A stretch of DNA of 29,739 nucleotides from Bdellovibrionota bacterium (lineage in GTDB: Bacteria > Bdellovibrionota_C > UBA2361), in NCBI GenBank assembly GCA_044352465.1, contig JBILDU010000031.1, positions 1-29,739 on the forward strand, given 5' to 3'. Positions 27,006 to 29,739 of this stretch are shown here, piece after piece. The position numbers and the translations under genes were made by a program. A model generated the notes under the pieces. The model was given only the letters and a program-made list of their open reading frames with translations, made no database searches and had not been told where the DNA came from. Within the stretch, counting starts at the first letter, position 1; every line of letters starts with the position of its first letter.

Positions 27006-27467
27006 ATGAAATGTCCAGCGTGTGAGCGGGCGCTCGTTGAATTTGCGGCGGGGCCGATGAAGGTTGACATCTGTCTTGAGGGGTGCGCGGGGATCTGGTT
27101 TGACCGCGATGAGCTCGCCAAGGTTGATGATCATAACGAGCCGTTCCCGGAAAGTCTCACCCGTGTTCTCACGAATGCACAGGTCGTCATCGATAAGCGG
27201 AAAGAGCGCGAGTGCCCGCGGTGTGTCGGTCAAGTGATGACCCACCGGTTCTTAGACGATCAGATGAAGATTCAAGCTGATGAGTGCTCCCAATGTGGGG
27301 GGCATTTTCTCGATATCGGGGAGCTGGCGAACCTGCGCGAGGAATCGCGTCGGGACGCTGAATCCCAGCGGAGGTGGTCTGATTGGCTCAAAAATCATGG
27401 GGATAATCTGAAAGACCCTCAAAAGGGGAAGCGGTATCGCGCGTTCTTCGAGGTGTTATTCAAGTAG
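27006..27467 (+). CDS. Double zf-TFIIB-type zinc-ribbon protein
   Basis: MKCPAC...VDIC..GC.GIWFDRDEL and CPRC...ADEC.QCGG.FLD.GEL. A purine-rich RBS precedes ATG 27006. Confidence 0.88.
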   Translation: MKCPACERALVEFAAGPMKVDICLEGCAGIWFDRDELAKVDDHNEPFPESLTRVLTNAQVVIDKRKERECPRCVGQVMTHRFLDDQMKIQADECSQCGGHFLDIGELANLREESRRDAESQRRWSDWLKNHGDNLKDPQKGKRYRAFFEVLFK

Positions 27468-27515
27468 CGACTTGCCTCCACACAAGAGCGTGGCGGGCCG
27501 CGGCGCCCCGCACCG

Positions 27516-28253
27516 CTATGACTCTATCACGATATCGGCGATTTCTCGTAGATTGAGGCGGCGCACCGTTTCTCCCCGCTCCTCGAAAAAAGCGGAGTTC
27601 AGGACCGCTAACTGGCACACCTCGATACTGCCGAATCGTTCGATGAGCATCTCCCGGCGGCTGAGCGCGCCACCATCAACCAGAACGATCTCCTTCGATG
27701 GGGTGAGCAAGAAATTCTCGGCGTGGTGGTCCACTAAGTGAAATTTTTGGGCAAAAAAACCGGAGAGCGTTTGGACGAGTTTTGATTTGGCTTCATCCCG
27801 CTCGATCGTCCCATCGGTAAGAGCTCGATTGAGTGGGGTGCCTTCAACGAAAGTGGCGAGAACGGCCACCAGAAAGCCCGCGCGATCCCGCAGTGCTCCG
27901 GCGTAATTCGGCATGTGGGGGAGCCTCGCCGCGAGCGCCACCTTGTCCCGGTTGAGGAGGTCGACCGCGGTGTCGAACGACATGTCGCCTGACGGAGCCA
28001 CGAGCTTGAGCACGTGTGACCGCGCGTGAATCTCGAGGCGATAAACCTCCGCGTATTCGCACACGCGCTCCTCCGCGAGGCGTTGTAGTTTCGAGCACGA
28101 GCCAAATTCCGCCTTGAGCGCGGCTGTGACGGTCGACGTCTTCGGAATCCCCGTTTTGGCGAGGGCGAAGTCGAACGTGGAGGTGCGGGGTAGAACGCGC
28201 TGCACCGGATCGGTGCGGCTCTCTTGTCTTGTTTTGCGGAGTGGCTCAACCAT
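27516..28253 (-). CDS. Protein kinase-like superfamily protein
   Basis: AEVYRL, VLKLV (beta3 Lys), FVEGTPL hinge, HLVDHHAENFLL catalytic loop and IVLVDGG (DFG-like). Confidence 0.7.
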   Translation of the reverse strand: MVEPLRKTRQESRTDPVQRVLPRTSTFDFALAKTGIPKTSTVTAALKAEFGSCSKLQRLAEERVCEYAEVYRLEIHARSHVLKLVAPSGDMSFDTAVDLLNRDKVALAARLPHMPNYAGALRDRAGFLVAVLATFVEGTPLNRALTDGTIERDEAKSKLVQTLSGFFAQKFHLVDHHAENFLLTPSKEIVLVDGGALSRREMLIERFGSIEVCQLAVLNSAFFEERGETVRRLNLREIADIVIES

Positions 28254-28520
28254 CGTCGTGAGTAGCTTCCCTAAAAACCACGCGACAACGATCCAAGGGA
28301 TCGGCGTCGCTGCGCGACATGACTTTTGTAGCGGTCCCTACCCGGATGGGTGGTGCCGAAAGAGCGGGCGTGTCACTCCCCCCCGGTGCGACACGATTCT
28401 TAAGTGTTATGCGGACTGGCCCCTACGAGATATCAGGAGATTTTTAGTCAAGCAGTTCAAGTTCTTGGGTCCCGTTTCCAAGCCTTGCCCCGGTAATTCT
28501 TCGGTACTATTGTGCCCCCT

Positions 28521-29330
28521 ATGAAACAGTACCTTGACCTTGTGAAAGACGTCTTAGAGAACGGCCGCCCCGATGACGGGGGCGCGCGACCCGATCGTAC
28601 CGGGGTGGGGACATACTCGGTTTTCGGCCGACAGATGCGTTTCAATCTTGATGAAGGGTTCCCCCTCCTCACGACGAAGAAGGTACACCTTCGATCGATT
28701 GTTCATGAGCTCTTATGGTTTCTCAAAGGTGATACCAACATTCGCTACCTGCACGAACACAAGGTGACGATTTGGGACGAATGGGCCGACGCAAACGGAG
28801 ACTTGGGGCCGGTCTACGGAAAACAGTGGCGCTCGTGGCAGGGGCCTGATGGTAAAAAAGTCGACCAGATCGCCCGTGCGGTGGAGCAGATTAAGAATAA
28901 CCCCCACAGCCGTCGGCTCGTGGTTGTGTCGTTCAACCCAGGCGATCTTCCTGAGGTTGCGCCACCAGCGTGCCATACCCTTTTCCAGTTTTACGTGTCT
29001 CACGGACGCTTGAGCCTGCAGCTCTACCAGCGCTCCGCCGATCTGATGCTCGGGGTGCCCTTTAATATCGCGAGTTACGCGCTGCTGCTGATGATGGTAG
29101 GGCAGGTGGCCGGGCTAAAGCCTTATGAGTTCGTCCATACTTTCGGAGATGTGCACATCTATTCGAATCACGTGACGGGGGCGCTCGAGCAGTTAAAACG
29201 TGAGCCTCGACCACTGCCGACGATGACGCTTAATCCAGCGGTGACCGATCTTTTTGCATTCAAATACGAAGATTTCACCCTTTCGAATTACAACCCGCAC
29301 GACCCCATCAAGTTCGAGATCGCCGTATGA
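28521..29330 (+). CDS. thyA: Thymidylate synthase
   Basis: [38 protein letters not shown] and [16 protein letters not shown]. Confidence 0.98.
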   Translation: MKQYLDLVKDVLENGRPDDGGARPDRTGVGTYSVFGRQMRFNLDEGFPLLTTKKVHLRSIVHELLWFLKGDTNIRYLHEHKVTIWDEWADANGDLGPVYGKQWRSWQGPDGKKVDQIARAVEQIKNNPHSRRLVVVSFNPGDLPEVAPPACHTLFQFYVSHGRLSLQLYQRSADLMLGVPFNIASYALLLMMVGQVAGLKPYEFVHTFGDVHIYSNHVTGALEQLKREPRPLPTMTLNPAVTDLFAFKYEDFTLSNYNPHDPIKFEIAV

Positions 29331-29739
29331 TTCGGATCTGCGCCATCGCAGCGATGGATGAGGGGCGGGTTATCGGAGTAAACGGGGGTCTGCCGTGGCG
29401 GATTCCCGAGGATCTGAAGCGGTTTGCTGCCCTCACTCGTGGGCACGCGGTCGTCATGGGGCGAAAGACGTTTGAGAGTTTGCCGGCACCTTATAAACCG
29501 CTCAAAGATCGGAAGAACATCGTTGTAACGAGGGATGGGGCGGCGTTAAGGGACTTCCCAGCCGTAACGGTCTGGGGCGACCTCAGCGCCGGTTTGGCGC
29601 TCTGTCGGGCCGGTCAAGGTCAATTGCCGACCGATACGGTGTGGATAATCGGTGGGGGGGAGGTCTACAAGGCTACCCTCGCTGAGTGGGATGAGGTATA
29701 CTTAACCGTTGTTTCCGGGCGGCACCCGGGCGATGCTTT
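29327..29739 (+). CDS. folA: Dihydrofolate reductase (partial, runs off the right edge)
   Basis: Manual translation gives [33 protein letters not shown]...[11 protein letters not shown]...RKNIVVTR...[13 protein letters not shown] overlap with thyA. Confidence 0.96.
   Translation, partial: MIRICAIAAMDEGRVIGVNGGLPWRIPEDLKRFAALTRGHAVVMGRKTFESLPAPYKPLKDRKNIVVTRDGAALRDFPAVTVWGDLSAGLALCRAGQGQLPTDTVWIIGGGEVYKATLAEWDEVYLTVVSGRHPGDA

Noticed and set aside
29640..29648. Perfect DnaA box TGTGGATAA
   Set aside because: Single copy inside folA, coinciding with the conserved VWII codons. No box cluster suggests oriC here or at 8240-9935.

Overview
Bacterial chromosomal window (GC roughly 55-60%, by eye) with about 27 protein-coding genes. 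I see no rRNA, tRNA, CRISPR array or transposase. A deltaproteobacteria/Bdellovibrionota-like origin is my impression only. Recognisable housekeeping genes are tyrS, a Zn-free rpmG, yacG, sufS, an ABC-2 exporter trio, a mitochondrial-type aconitase, a YyaL/SSP411 protein, an RlmI-like methyltransferase and thyA-folA. The most unusual items are: (1) an orphan flagellin whose variable region is replaced by seven FG-GAP (integrin-alpha-like beta-propeller) repeats, with a sigma28-like promoter; (2) a ~250-nt multi-helix RNA with alternative pairings upstream of one of two paralogous small uncharacterised genes, which flank yacG and a stand-alone DnaA-domain-I-like ORF; (3) three intact ORFs that look like pseudoenzymes (a P1B-ATPase, a PP2C fold and a tandem Mesh1/SpoT-type HD protein); (4) an NADK2-like NAD kinase with altered motifs; (5) a pair of REP doublets. 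All family calls come from motif recognition by eye; no searches were run.
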